DNA of 61,409 bases, the filler included, from an uncultured Thermoplasmatales archaeon (lineage in GTDB: Archaea; Thermoplasmatota; E2; DHVEG-1), in the NCBI GenBank assembly GCA_964517155.1. It is 4 parts of 4 records of this genome, joined end to end, with 100 filler letters (N's around TTAATTAATTAA, not from the genome) between each part and the next. Parts side by side here need not be neighbours in the genome. Positions count along the whole stretch, not along the records: positions 1 to 31,748 come from CAZFAZ010000076.1; positions 31,849 to 48,574 come from CAZFAZ010000078.1; 2 more parts are not named here. One strand, given 5' to 3'. The notes beneath the pieces are model-generated. The model saw nothing but the letters and a program-made list of their open reading frames with translations. It did not search any database and was not told the DNA's origin. A program made the position numbers and the translations under genes. Numbering within the stretch: the stretch's first letter is position 1; each line of letters begins with the position of its first letter. Below are positions 31,235 to 40,963 of this stretch, one piece after another.

Positions 31235-31748
31235 ATGCCATCAAAAAAATATACTGCACAGAAAAGAGAAGATCTGAAATCAAAAAAGCAAAAACAGGGT
31301 TCATCAAATGCATTAAAACCGTTTTTAATTACAATAGTTGTTTTAATTTTAATTGTCTCAGCAGTTATTGCAGGTCTTTCTTTTTTAGGACAAGACTCAG
31401 CTATCGAGCCAGAGGTAAACACTGCACCTAGTCTAAAAGCAGATTATGTTGTTTTTAGTATGAATTCAACTGGTAACATAATTGATGTATTGTTAAATGA
31501 TGAAGATACTGATGGAGATATCCTAAATATAACTCAAGTTGCTAATCCTTCAAATGGTATCGCAGAAATCATTGATAATCAAATAGTTTATACACCTGAT
31601 GCTGATTTTATGGGTGTTGAAAAGTTTACGTATAAAGTAAGTGATGGAAAAAAGCAATCTACTTCAACTATTAATGTAGTTGTTGCAGATAAGTATCCTA
31701 TTGCACTTATGGATACTAGCAAAGGTATGATAGTTTTAGAGCTTTATA
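31235..31748 (+). CDS. Membrane-anchored Ig-like domain + cyclophilin-type peptidyl-prolyl isomerase (3' truncated at contig end)
   Basis: TM helix; IDVLLNDEDTDGD...YTPDADFMGVEKFTYKVSDG (cadherin/Big-like); IALMDTSKGMIVLELY matches a cyclophilin N-terminus. Confidence 0.75.
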
Positions 31749-31848
31749 NNNNNNNNNNNNNNNNNNNNNNNNNNNNNNNNNNNNNNNNNNNNTTAATTAA
31801 TTAANNNNNNNNNNNNNNNNNNNNNNNNNNNNNNNNNNNNNNNNNNNN
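31749..31848. other. Artificial contig linker
   Basis: N-run + TTAATTAATTAA (stops in all six frames) + N-run, 100 bp. Confidence 0.97.
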
Positions 31849-32313
31849 TCGGAGGTTATAAAACGTACACTTATATCTTTAATAATTGTTGCTCGCTCTA
31901 AAACATCTGATGATTACGCTTGGGCATCTATTAAAAAATTGTTAGGAGAGTTAAAAGATAAGTACAGTTTCTTAAGATTCATAAAAATTAAAGATATATC
32001 AATTATAAATTACTCTATTGAAGACATAAATGTTTTTTCTGATTTTGATAAAGTTAAACCAGAACATGTGGGAATGGCAATACAAGATATAGTTGATTTA
32101 TTAAAAAAGTATCTTGGCGCAAAAGCAGGTTATTTTTTCATTGAAGAATTTAAAAAAGTTCTTGGGGAAAAATATCACGACGTAATAAAAAAGATGGGTG
32201 TAGATTTAAGACTTATCGAACTGCAAAAAGAATTATCTGGGTTAGAAATTAAAAGTTACAAGATAAAGGAGTCTTCTGGCTCAAATATTGCTTTTGTTGA
32301 AAAAATAAAGTAA
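31849..32313 (+). CDS. Hypothetical protein (5' truncated)
   Basis: Frame open from the contig edge (SEVIKRTLISL...). Confidence 0.65.
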   Translation, partial: SEVIKRTLISLIIVARSKTSDDYAWASIKKLLGELKDKYSFLRFIKIKDISIINYSIEDINVFSDFDKVKPEHVGMAIQDIVDLLKKYLGAKAGYFFIEEFKKVLGEKYHDVIKKMGVDLRLIELQKELSGLEIKSYKIKESSGSNIAFVEKIK

Positions 32314-32324
32314 ATTTTTTATGA

Positions 32325-32399
32325 TGGGCCTGTCCAGATTTGAACTGGAGTTTCTAGCTCCCAAAGCTAAAAGGATGGACCAAGCTACCCCACAGGCCC
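32325..32399 (-). tRNA. tRNA-Pro(UGG), intronless, CCA not encoded
   Basis: GGGCCTGTGGGGTAGCTTGGTCCATCCTTTTAGCTTTGGGAGCTAGAAACTCCAGTTCAAATCTGGACAGGCCCA folds as a cloverleaf with anticodon TGG. Confidence 0.96.
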
Positions 32400-32471
32400 T
32401 TTTAGATTCTGTGGATAGAAAACCTAATATTTAAAAACTTTTATCTAATTCTAATGTATTTCAAGTCTTAA

Positions 32472-33182
32472 ATGGCTTTTAATATAAGAAAACCGGGGCA
32501 TATACTAGGCTTAATCTTATTTTTGTTTTCTTTTTATTTGTTTTTTATCGATCCTTTGTTAGGTTTTTTAAAAGTATTTTCTTTTGCTAGCGTCTTAGGT
32601 ATAAATAATTTTATATTTTTTGGTATTTTGGTTATTTTATTATTTTTTATAATTCCATTTGCCTGGTATTTTTTGATAGATGGTTATTCTTTTGAAAAAA
32701 TGTTTGAAAAACTTAGTTTGCATGGAGAAGGAATTGATATTGCTTTTTTGTGGGGGGTTATCGCAGCTTTATTAATGTTTTTGACAACCATTGTTTTTTC
32801 TTTTGTTTTGATCTATTTTATGAATGTTAATCAAGAATCCTTAAAAACTGTTCTTGAAACAGCAGCAGGTTTGTCTGCTATTTCAATGATAATTATTTTC
32901 ATTCAAACAATTGCAGCTGAGATATATTTTAGAGGTTTTATACTTGAAAAAATTAATTCTTTTGCAGGTAAAAATATAGCTGTTTTTATAACTGCTGTTT
33001 TGTATGGTATTTTACATTTGTCATATGGAGATTTTTATCCTGCGGTTTTACCAATTTTTTTAGGAATAATTTTGGGATATGTGGTTATTAGAACAAAAAA
33101 TCTTTATTCGGCTATGTTTGCTCAAATATTTTTTAATTTAATAGTTTTTATAACATATGGTTTAGCTCAAACTTTGATTTAA
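32472..33182 (+). CDS. CPBP (CAAX/Abi) intramembrane protease homolog with degenerate motifs
   Basis: Multi-TM protein; AAEIYFRG, YGILH and AQIFFN. Confidence 0.8.
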   Translation: MAFNIRKPGHILGLILFLFSFYLFFIDPLLGFLKVFSFASVLGINNFIFFGILVILLFFIIPFAWYFLIDGYSFEKMFEKLSLHGEGIDIAFLWGVIAALLMFLTTIVFSFVLIYFMNVNQESLKTVLETAAGLSAISMIIIFIQTIAAEIYFRGFILEKINSFAGKNIAVFITAVLYGILHLSYGDFYPAVLPIFLGIILGYVVIRTKNLYSAMFAQIFFNLIVFITYGLAQTLI

Positions 33183-33246
33183 AAAATACAGATTTTACTT
33201 AGATAATTGGAAACTTTTATGAAAGGGTATATTTTACCGGTGTCAA

Positions 33247-34056
33247 ATGGACTTTAACATTAGAAAACCTGGAAATATATTTGCTTTACTGCTTGTTTTA
33301 CTTAGCTTTCTTATATTCATCGGGTTACCTTTATTTACATTTTTTTCACCAATGGCTCTTGAATCTGAAAGCACTTTTGATATTCAGGATCCTAACCTTC
33401 CCGAGACATTTCGCTTATTTTTACAGGTATTTATTGTGGCATTACAGATTTTTTTGTTTGTTGTATTTATGATATTTGTTCCAATTATATGGTATATTGT
33501 TGTAAATAAACTGTCTTTTAAGGAGATAAAATCTCGGTTAAACCTTGATTTTAAAAATTTTGATAAAGCGGTTTTATGGGGTTTGTTGACAGTATTTTTA
33601 ATTTATTTTGTAAATATTTTAATGAGCGGTTTGATTCATTTACTAGGATATGATTTAAATCAGATGAGCAATGTAGGTGATATTGAGCGTATTTTAGGGT
33701 CGTCTATTGCAATATTTATAATTATAGCGTTTCAACCCATTGGTGAAGAGATTTTTTTTAGAGGTTTTTTGCTAGATAAATTTAACTATATCTTTAATAG
33801 AAAAAAAATTGATGAAGAAAGTTTAATTTATAAGTATAAACTCCCTGCAGTTTTTGTAACTTCTTTGTTGTTTGGCGTTGCTCATATGGCATATGGAAAG
33901 CCATATGTTTTTTTAATGACTTTTGTTTTTGGCATGATACTTGGTCTTGCTGTAGTAAAAACTAAAAATTTGTATACAAGCATTATTGCTCACATGCTTT
34001 TGAACATTGTTACTTTTGTTATCTATTTTTCATTTAAGGATATTTTAGGTTTTTAA
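33247..34056 (+). CDS. CPBP (CAAX/Abi) intramembrane glutamic protease
   Basis: GEEIFFRG, FGVAH and AHMLLN. Confidence 0.88.
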   Translation: MDFNIRKPGNIFALLLVLLSFLIFIGLPLFTFFSPMALESESTFDIQDPNLPETFRLFLQVFIVALQIFLFVVFMIFVPIIWYIVVNKLSFKEIKSRLNLDFKNFDKAVLWGLLTVFLIYFVNILMSGLIHLLGYDLNQMSNVGDIERILGSSIAIFIIIAFQPIGEEIFFRGFLLDKFNYIFNRKKIDEESLIYKYKLPAVFVTSLLFGVAHMAYGKPYVFLMTFVFGMILGLAVVKTKNLYTSIIAHMLLNIVTFVIYFSFKDILGF

Positions 34057-34116
34057 TAGTTAATTCTTTAAAGTAGTTTTGTATCCCCAATTAGAGAATT
34101 GAGGGTGAAATAAAGT

Positions 34117-34572
34117 ATGGTAAAAGAAAGAACGTTTGTGATGATTAAACCAGATGGCGTACAACGTGGTTTTGTAGGTGAAATTATAAATCGTTTTGAG
34201 AAAAAGGGTCTTAAAATTGTTGCTATGAAAATGGTATCTGTAAGTAAAGAGCTTGCTGAGAAACATTATGGTATACATAGAGGCAAACCTTTTTTTGAAC
34301 CTACTGTAGAATATATTACTAGTTCTCCTGTTGTTGCAATGGTTCTTGAAGGTTTTAATGCAATTGAACTGGTCCGCAATATGATGGGTAAAACTAATCC
34401 TGTTGAGGCAACTCTGGGTAGCATCCGTGGTGATTTTGGTCAGTTCATCGGCCGTAACATTGTTCATGGCAGCGATGGAGCAGATACTGCTAAATTTGAA
34501 ATTAATTTATGGTTTAAACCGGAGGAACTTTCAAAGTATGTACGTATTGATGAAAAATGGCTTATTGAATAA
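34117..34572 (+). CDS. ndk: Nucleoside diphosphate kinase
   Basis: TFVMIKPDGVQR, GSIRGDF and NIVHGSD. Confidence 0.97.
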   Translation: MVKERTFVMIKPDGVQRGFVGEIINRFEKKGLKIVAMKMVSVSKELAEKHYGIHRGKPFFEPTVEYITSSPVVAMVLEGFNAIELVRNMMGKTNPVEATLGSIRGDFGQFIGRNIVHGSDGADTAKFEINLWFKPEELSKYVRIDEKWLIE

Positions 34573-34630
34573 GCCTTTTTTTGATTTTGTCGTTGGTTTT
34601 ATAATAGGTTATTTGATACGGCTTTAGCAT

Positions 34631-35554
34631 ATGGTTTTTGACAGAAAAACGCTGGTTGTTCCAAATAATACAAAATTTGAGGAAAAAACTATTATCACTA
34701 AGGGCGATGTTGTAATTGGTGATCGTTGTCTTATACAGTTTGGTATCAAAACCGATGGTCGTATTTTTGTTGGCGAGCATGTAATAATCGATGGTAATTT
34801 AGAGTCAACAGGAGATGTTCGCGTTGATATTTTTTCAAATATTGGTGGTAGTGTTAAAAGTGGTGGTAATGTTTATTTTGGTGAGAAAGTAAAAGTTAAA
34901 GGTAAACTTTCTTTGAATGGCGATCTAGATGTTGGCGATAGTGTAGAAATTGATCAAGGTTTTGAAGCCAAAGGTTGGATTAATATTCGCAGTCCAATAC
35001 CTGTTGTTATATATGTTTTTATATATCTTATGCAGTTGTTGAAAATGGGGCATTCTGAAGAAATAGAGCGTATTCTTTCAGAAATTGAGGAAAATGATGG
35101 GGATATGATTCCTATCTCTGAAACATTTTTGTTTATTCCAAATAATTCGATTATTGGTGTCCAAAAAACAAAAGTTGATTATAATGTTAAAATAGGCAAA
35201 AAAACCAAGATACTTGGAAATTATGAGGCAAAGGGAAATATTTTCATTGAAGAAAACGCAGTTGTCCATGGTAGTTTAAAATCGACTGGTGATATATTCT
35301 GTGATAAAAAAGTAAAAATACATGGAAATATTGATTCTGGTGGAGATGTAAAAATAGAAGAAGAGACAAATATTGCAGGAAAAATATCTGCTGAAAAAAT
35401 CTTTCTTACTAAAACCAGTAGCGTTAACGGAGAGTTATTTGCAAAAAACGGTATATCTTTTAAGTCTCCTTCAAAGATTCATGCAGAAGAAAAAGTTGAA
35501 AGATTTGAAAAAGATACAGATATAGTAGACGAGGTTGATAACCTCCTGGAGTAA
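34631..35554 (+). CDS. Beta-helical bactofilin-like (polymer-forming cytoskeletal) protein
   Basis: Repeated [IV]xG[NS][IL]xxxG[DN]V units in two blocks separated by a hydrophobic helix. Confidence 0.7.
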   Translation: MVFDRKTLVVPNNTKFEEKTIITKGDVVIGDRCLIQFGIKTDGRIFVGEHVIIDGNLESTGDVRVDIFSNIGGSVKSGGNVYFGEKVKVKGKLSLNGDLDVGDSVEIDQGFEAKGWINIRSPIPVVIYVFIYLMQLLKMGHSEEIERILSEIEENDGDMIPISETFLFIPNNSIIGVQKTKVDYNVKIGKKTKILGNYEAKGNIFIEENAVVHGSLKSTGDIFCDKKVKIHGNIDSGGDVKIEEETNIAGKISAEKIFLTKTSSVNGELFAKNGISFKSPSKIHAEEKVERFEKDTDIVDEVDNLLE

Positions 35555-35560
35555 ATATCT

Positions 35561-36766
35561 ATGGGTATGCAGATAGGAATAGTTGGAAAACCAAACGTTG
35601 GTAAATCCACTTTTTTTAATGCTGCAACTGAGGCACATGCCGAGATTGCAAACTATCCTTTTACAACAATTGATGCAAACCATGGCGTAATGTATGTTAG
35701 AAAACCTTGTCCTTGTAAAGAATTCAATCTTTCATGTACGCCGCATAATTCTAAATGTGTAAATGGTGTACGTTTTGTTCCAATTGAAGCAATAGATGTT
35801 GCAGGTCTTGTCCCAGATGCATGTAAGGGTCGAGGTCTTGGCAACAAATTTTTAGATGACCTGCGTCAAGCCCATGCTTTGATACATATAGTTGATGCAT
35901 CAGGTAGCGCAGATGCTGAAGGAAACCCTTGTGGTTTAGGACAATACGATCCGTTGCTCGACGTTGAATTTCTTGAAAAAGAAATAACTATGTGGCTTTT
36001 AAACATTATAAAAAAAGACTGGGATACAATTACAAGAAGGTCTGAGCTTGAATCAAAAAAAATAGAGTTTATGCTTGCAGATAAGTTAACAGGACTTGGA
36101 ATAAATGAAGATCATATACATCAAGCAGTCAGAGAATTAAAACTTGACATAACAAAACCTTCAAGATGGACTGATGAAGAACTTATAAATTTTTCAGCAA
36201 ATATTAGAAAACAAAGCAAACCAATGCTTATTGCTTTTAACAAATGTGATATTGCAAAAGAAGAATTTATGTCAAAATCAGAAATATTAAAAAAACAAGG
36301 ATATATTGTTGTTCCAACGAGTGCAGAATCAGAACTTGCGCTTTCAAATGCTGCAAAAAAAGGCTTTATAAATTATACTCCTGGAAGTAATAATTTTGAA
36401 ATATTACGGCCATCTGAGCTTAGTGAAAAACAAAAAAAAGCATTGGAATATATTAGAGAACATGTTCTTGAAAAGCATGGGTCTACAGGTATACAAAAAT
36501 GTATAGAAGAATCAGTTAAAATGCTTGATTTAATCGTAGTTTATCCTGTTGAGGATGAAACACATTTAACCGATAAACAAGGTAGAATACTTCCTGATGC
36601 ACATTTCATGAAAAATGGCAGTATTGCAAAGGATTTAGCATACAAAGTCCATACAGATTTAGGTGATAATTTTATAAGAGCGATAGATGCACGAACTAAA
36701 AGAGTCATTGGTGCAGATTATAAACTTAAAGATGGAGATGTAATAAGGATAGTTTCAAACGCCTAA
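35561..36766 (+). CDS. ychF: YchF/OLA1 family ATPase
   Basis: GKPNVGKST, YPFTT, DVAGLV, GLGNKFLDDLR and C-terminal TGS domain. Confidence 0.93.
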   Translation: MGMQIGIVGKPNVGKSTFFNAATEAHAEIANYPFTTIDANHGVMYVRKPCPCKEFNLSCTPHNSKCVNGVRFVPIEAIDVAGLVPDACKGRGLGNKFLDDLRQAHALIHIVDASGSADAEGNPCGLGQYDPLLDVEFLEKEITMWLLNIIKKDWDTITRRSELESKKIEFMLADKLTGLGINEDHIHQAVRELKLDITKPSRWTDEELINFSANIRKQSKPMLIAFNKCDIAKEEFMSKSEILKKQGYIVVPTSAESELALSNAAKKGFINYTPGSNNFEILRPSELSEKQKKALEYIREHVLEKHGSTGIQKCIEESVKMLDLIVVYPVEDETHLTDKQGRILPDAHFMKNGSIAKDLAYKVHTDLGDNFIRAIDARTKRVIGADYKLKDGDVIRIVSNA

Positions 36767-36769
36767 ATT

Positions 36770-37987
36770 TTATTTTATTACGCCTTCTTTACCGCATCTA
36801 GGGCATTTTATTTTTGTTGCTCCTTCTTCATTTTTAATTGTTGTAAAAATAAAGTCGCATGCAGGACATTTCACATTATATTTTTTGATATTTTTTTCTT
36901 TTTGTGTATTATCTTTATCTAACTGTTTTTTTATTTTTGAATCTTGTGTTTCTTTTAGTGGGTCTTTTTTTGCTTCAGCTTTTTTATCTTTAGAAGTTTG
37001 TGTTTTATCTTTATATGTTTTTTGCTCTTCATTTATGTTTTTCTTTTTATCTATTGCTGAAATCAATGCTTTTTCAAATGATTCAGATAGTTTAACATCA
37101 CTATTTGTATCTTTTTTTTGTTTAGGCTCATTATCTATATATTCTTCTGAAAAAGGAGATTTTTTTTCTTCAACAAAATCAATATTTTTTTTATCTGTTA
37201 TACTTTTTTCATCTTTTATTTCTTCTTGCAATTCATCTATTTTTGACTCTTTTAGAACATCTTGTTTTTCAATTTTTTCTGTTTCTGTTGATTCTAATCT
37301 ATCAATTTCAGAGGATAACCAGTTTTCTATGCCTTCTTTTTTATTTTTAAATTTATTCATGTTTATCTGCTCTTTGTTTTCGAAAGTTTTTTTCTGTTGA
37401 TCATTTTTTTGAAAGGTTTTTTTCTGGTTTTCTACTTTTGTTTTTATTTTTTTGTTTTCTTTGCAAGATTTAAATGATTTATGCACATAAGGCAAGGCTG
37501 TAATATTATATAAAATTGAGATTAATCCAATTATGATTAATATTATTAATATAATATATGAATATCTAAAGTGTTGGGCTATATTTGTTAATGATATTTC
37601 CTGAGATGCAATTACTTTAAAGATAAAATTAAGATATATGTAACACAGCAGACTGCTGAAAATAATTGAACCACATCCCACTATTAAAAATAAATAACTT
37701 GTTATTTGACATTCTTCAGATATATCTAATATAACTCCAAAAAATGCAATAAATATACAAATAATAAGTGCCCATATAATAATATTTACTAGATTAAGAT
37801 CGTAATATAATTTTTGGATTTCAGCGTTTTGAGAATGCTGCATGTTTTCAATATTAAAATAATTAGATTCATTGCTGTCTTGTAGTGTAATAATCGGTAA
37901 AAAAGAGTTTAGCATTAATACAAGTATACTTAAAAATAGTATACGCAGAATATTTCTTTTAATAATTCTTGCTAAATCTGTTTTCAT
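36770..37987 (-). CDS. Hypothetical four-TM protein with charged linker and C-terminal Zn ribbon
   Basis: Four hydrophobic segments; CPAC...CPRC at the C-terminus. Confidence 0.7.
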   Translation of the reverse strand: MKTDLARIIKRNILRILFLSILVLMLNSFLPIITLQDSNESNYFNIENMQHSQNAEIQKLYYDLNLVNIIIWALIICIFIAFFGVILDISEECQITSYLFLIVGCGSIIFSSLLCYIYLNFIFKVIASQEISLTNIAQHFRYSYIILIILIIIGLISILYNITALPYVHKSFKSCKENKKIKTKVENQKKTFQKNDQQKKTFENKEQINMNKFKNKKEGIENWLSSEIDRLESTETEKIEKQDVLKESKIDELQEEIKDEKSITDKKNIDFVEEKKSPFSEEYIDNEPKQKKDTNSDVKLSESFEKALISAIDKKKNINEEQKTYKDKTQTSKDKKAEAKKDPLKETQDSKIKKQLDKDNTQKEKNIKKYNVKCPACDFIFTTIKNEEGATKIKCPRCGKEGVIK

Positions 37988-38796
37988 CTAAGTTTTACTC
38001 CATGCCTTATAATTTTTGAAGAATTCTTTGTAGTTTTTTCATCAAGTATTTTTTCAAATTCATTAAAATTAATTTTTAATACAGCTATTGCTATTTTTAA
38101 AATACCTGATACAATAAAAATTAATACAACAGGTGTAATAAATACGACTACTAACTTTTCAAGGTTGCCAAGTACATTTTGTATATTATAACCTATCAAG
38201 ATGTTGGCACCCATAAATTTAACAGAAATAAAAATGAAATATATAGATAAAATAGCAGTTATTAAAGCAAAAAAAGCATGAAATAATCTGTATTTTTTAA
38301 TTGAAAAATCACGTTTCCTAAAAATTATTTGAAAAATAGTAAAAACAATTCCAATTGCAATAAACGCATAAAATATGTAAGATTGAACTTTGGATGTTTT
38401 AGTTAAATCATATGACGATATGCCGATAGATTCATAGCTTCCTTCAGATTTAAAAAAATTGGTAAAATTTGTATCATTGCTTGAAGTTTCTATTTCACCG
38501 TTATTATTATAAAAAAATTCATTGTTTTTTGACTCTGATATTTTATTGTCATATTTTATATATGCCCAGGGCACCAAGTTTAGAAGTATTAGGCAGAATA
38601 TGCTGATTAATATCAAACAAAATCCTAATTTAAAAAAAGGTTTTTTTATAGGTTTTTTAATATTTTCTTTTTTTGTGTTATTAATCGTTGTAGAAGCCTT
38701 TTTGAAGTTTTCATCTAAAATTTCTTGTTTTATTTTTTGTTCTTTTTTTGTTATTTGAAAATCTTCTTCAAACTCTTCATCTTCAAACGGATCCAT
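37984..38796 (-). CDS. Hypothetical four-TM membrane protein
   Basis: SD GGTAGG; four hydrophobic segments; 4-bp overlap with the next gene. Confidence 0.7.
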   Translation of the reverse strand: MDPFEDEEFEEDFQITKKEQKIKQEILDENFKKASTTINNTKKENIKKPIKKPFFKLGFCLILISIFCLILLNLVPWAYIKYDNKISESKNNEFFYNNNGEIETSSNDTNFTNFFKSEGSYESIGISSYDLTKTSKVQSYIFYAFIAIGIVFTIFQIIFRKRDFSIKKYRLFHAFFALITAILSIYFIFISVKFMGANILIGYNIQNVLGNLEKLVVVFITPVVLIFIVSGILKIAIAVLKINFNEFEKILDEKTTKNSSKIIRHGVKLR

Positions 38797-38907
38797 GAGT
38801 CTTTCCTACCACCAAAGGTTAAACAAATATTTTACTATTAAATGTTTTGAAAACATAAACTTTCTTAAAAACTTTTATTTTATATTAAAAATTTAACGTT
38901 TTTTTTA

Positions 38908-38952
38908 ATATGCATATGCAACTGCATTATACTAAAACATATTCATATGCAA
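38908..38952. promoter_or_regulatory. Candidate transcription-factor operator pair
   Basis: ATATGCATATGCAA (38908-38921, containing palindrome TGCATATGCA) and ATATTCATATGCAA (38939-38952) in a divergent intergenic region, next to a TATA-like TTTTATAT. Confidence 0.45.
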
Positions 38953-39038
38953 ATCAGGTTTTTATATACTTATGACATTAGGTATATGGGATAGCACACT
39001 CTAAATAATATATTTTATATTTTTAGGAGGAAAAGGAT

Positions 39039-39392
39039 TTGACAAGTAGAACGAAATCTCGATATAAGATAACAAAGGCTGCAGATAAAAAAATATTATT
39101 GGAAGACATTCCAAAGAAGACAATGATGGTAACAGTATATGCATTAAGATGGTTTTTCTTTCTTATATTTTTATTTATAACTATAGGAATAATTGCACTG
39201 TTTTTAACAGGTGGGGAAAATTATGTTCAGATGATTCTTACATATAGCATAACTGGTTTTTTCACGTTTTTTATGGGTTACTTTGGATGGATTTTAGCGC
39301 AAGGTGTAATGGATACAGTATCTGGAAAAGATGATTTGTCACAGAAAGGTACTTCATTTTATTTAAGTAAAAGTAAAAAGTTCAAATACTAA
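39039..39392 (+). CDS. Hypothetical two-TM membrane protein
   Basis: SD AGGAGG before TTG; two TM helices. Confidence 0.7.
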   Translation: MTSRTKSRYKITKAADKKILLEDIPKKTMMVTVYALRWFFFLIFLFITIGIIALFLTGGENYVQMILTYSITGFFTFFMGYFGWILAQGVMDTVSGKDDLSQKGTSFYLSKSKKFKY

Positions 39393-39450
39393 TACTTACT
39401 TTTTAATAACCTCTTTCTTTTTACATATTTGTATAAATACATTATAAGAG

Positions 39451-40296
39451 GTGAAAAATCATTTGATAATTTTTGATAATCATCTTCATTTAAGACGTGA
39501 TGGTCGTTTTATAGATGCTGTAAAAGAATTCAAAAAAGCAGGTGGAACCCATTTTGTTTTGTGTCAATATCCTATGCCTCATATTGTTTTAAAAGAGAAA
39601 AGCTATAAATCCTGTTATCTTGAAACACTTAATATGGCTGATGAAATACGAAAAAAAGTTGATGTTGGAGTTTTTGTAACTGTAGGGCCATATCCTGTTG
39701 ATTATTTGAAGTTTATTGAAAAATTTAATAGAGCTCAAGCAATTGAAATTATGAAAAAAGGAATGGATGAAGCAGCAGAACTATGCAAAGAACGTAAATG
39801 CATTGCAATTGGTGAGATAGGGCGTCCTCATTTTCCAGTTGATGAAACAGTTTTAGCAGATTCAAATGATGTATTGTTATACGGCATGCAAAAGGCAAAG
39901 GATGCAGGTGTTCCTGTTGTTTTGCATACTGAGAGCACAACACCTGAGACCTGTAAAGAATTTGTTGAAATGGGTAAAAAAGTAGGTCTTAAAACTGATA
40001 AAATCGTTAAGCATTTTTCACCGGCTTTAATTCTTAAAGAAGAAAATCATGGTCTTATGCCATCAGTTATTGCAAGTGAAAAAAATATGCTGGAGTCTTT
40101 TAAGAAAGGTGACAGATTCATGCTTGAAACAGATTATATAGACGACCTTCGCAGGCCTGGGGCTGTTTTAGGTCCTAAAACTATTCCTAAAAAAACTATT
40201 TTATTGCTTAACAAAGGAATTATTTCAGAAGAAAAGATTTATAAAGTTCATAAGCAAAACCCTGAAAAAACATATGATATAGATTTAAATTTGTAA
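39451..40296 (+). CDS. TatD-related metal-dependent hydrolase
   Basis: DNHLH, IGEIGRPH, VLHTE and LETDYIDD. Confidence 0.88.
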   Translation: MKNHLIIFDNHLHLRRDGRFIDAVKEFKKAGGTHFVLCQYPMPHIVLKEKSYKSCYLETLNMADEIRKKVDVGVFVTVGPYPVDYLKFIEKFNRAQAIEIMKKGMDEAAELCKERKCIAIGEIGRPHFPVDETVLADSNDVLLYGMQKAKDAGVPVVLHTESTTPETCKEFVEMGKKVGLKTDKIVKHFSPALILKEENHGLMPSVIASEKNMLESFKKGDRFMLETDYIDDLRRPGAVLGPKTIPKKTILLLNKGIISEEKIYKVHKQNPEKTYDIDLNL

Positions 40297-40420
40297 GGAT
40301 AAAATGCAAATTATTTTTGATGTAAAACCTGAAATAAACTTATTTTTTACATTTTGACTTTTTAACGCAAAAATCTTTTATATTATCTTTTACAAAAGTT
40401 AAATGCGGGGTAGAGATAAA

Positions 40421-40948
40421 ATGATGAAAAATAATGAAAATAACATTAAAGCAAAAACTTTAGGTTCTAAGAAAAAAAATAGAAAGCTTTTATCTTTTCT
40501 TATAGTAATTATAGTTATATCATCAATATTTTTGTATCTTAACCTAACTAACTATTTACCTTTTTTAAGTGAAACTAGACAACCTGTTGGAACTGTTGAA
40601 CCGATAAATACTCAAAAATACATACAAGAATACCCTCAGATTAAAGAAATGCCAAATATTGATAAAATAAACTATAATGCTTGGAAAACAGATTCAACAC
40701 TTGAGCAAGTAGTTGATTCATATAAAAAAGATTTATCAAAAGATGGATACGTCCTGCAGTATGAAAATACAATAAATTTAGATGGAAAAGAATACTATGT
40801 TTTAGGTTATCTAAAAGGTCTTACAGCAGTTGGAATATTGATTTCTTCAGATTCAAATTTAGCAGATAACTACAACACAGAGGTATTATATGCTACAGGA
40901 AACGTTCTTGATTTCAAGGGTATACTAGACTGGTATCAATCCAAATAA
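40421..40948 (+). CDS. Hypothetical membrane-anchored protein
   Basis: Basic N-terminus, one TM helix, soluble domain. Confidence 0.65.
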   Translation: MMKNNENNIKAKTLGSKKKNRKLLSFLIVIIVISSIFLYLNLTNYLPFLSETRQPVGTVEPINTQKYIQEYPQIKEMPNIDKINYNAWKTDSTLEQVVDSYKKDLSKDGYVLQYENTINLDGKEYYVLGYLKGLTAVGILISSDSNLADNYNTEVLYATGNVLDFKGILDWYQSK

Positions 40949-40963
40949 AAAATACAAATTTTT

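Noticed and set aside
32325..32470. tRNA-Pro as the integration site of an island
   Set aside because: No integrase and no duplicated tRNA 3' end are seen on this contig.
34565..34627. Tiny TM-like peptide (NKPFFDFVVGFIIGYLIRL) between ndk and the bactofilin-like gene
   Set aside because: It has no SD, and the sequence is adequately explained by a T-rich terminator plus TATA box.
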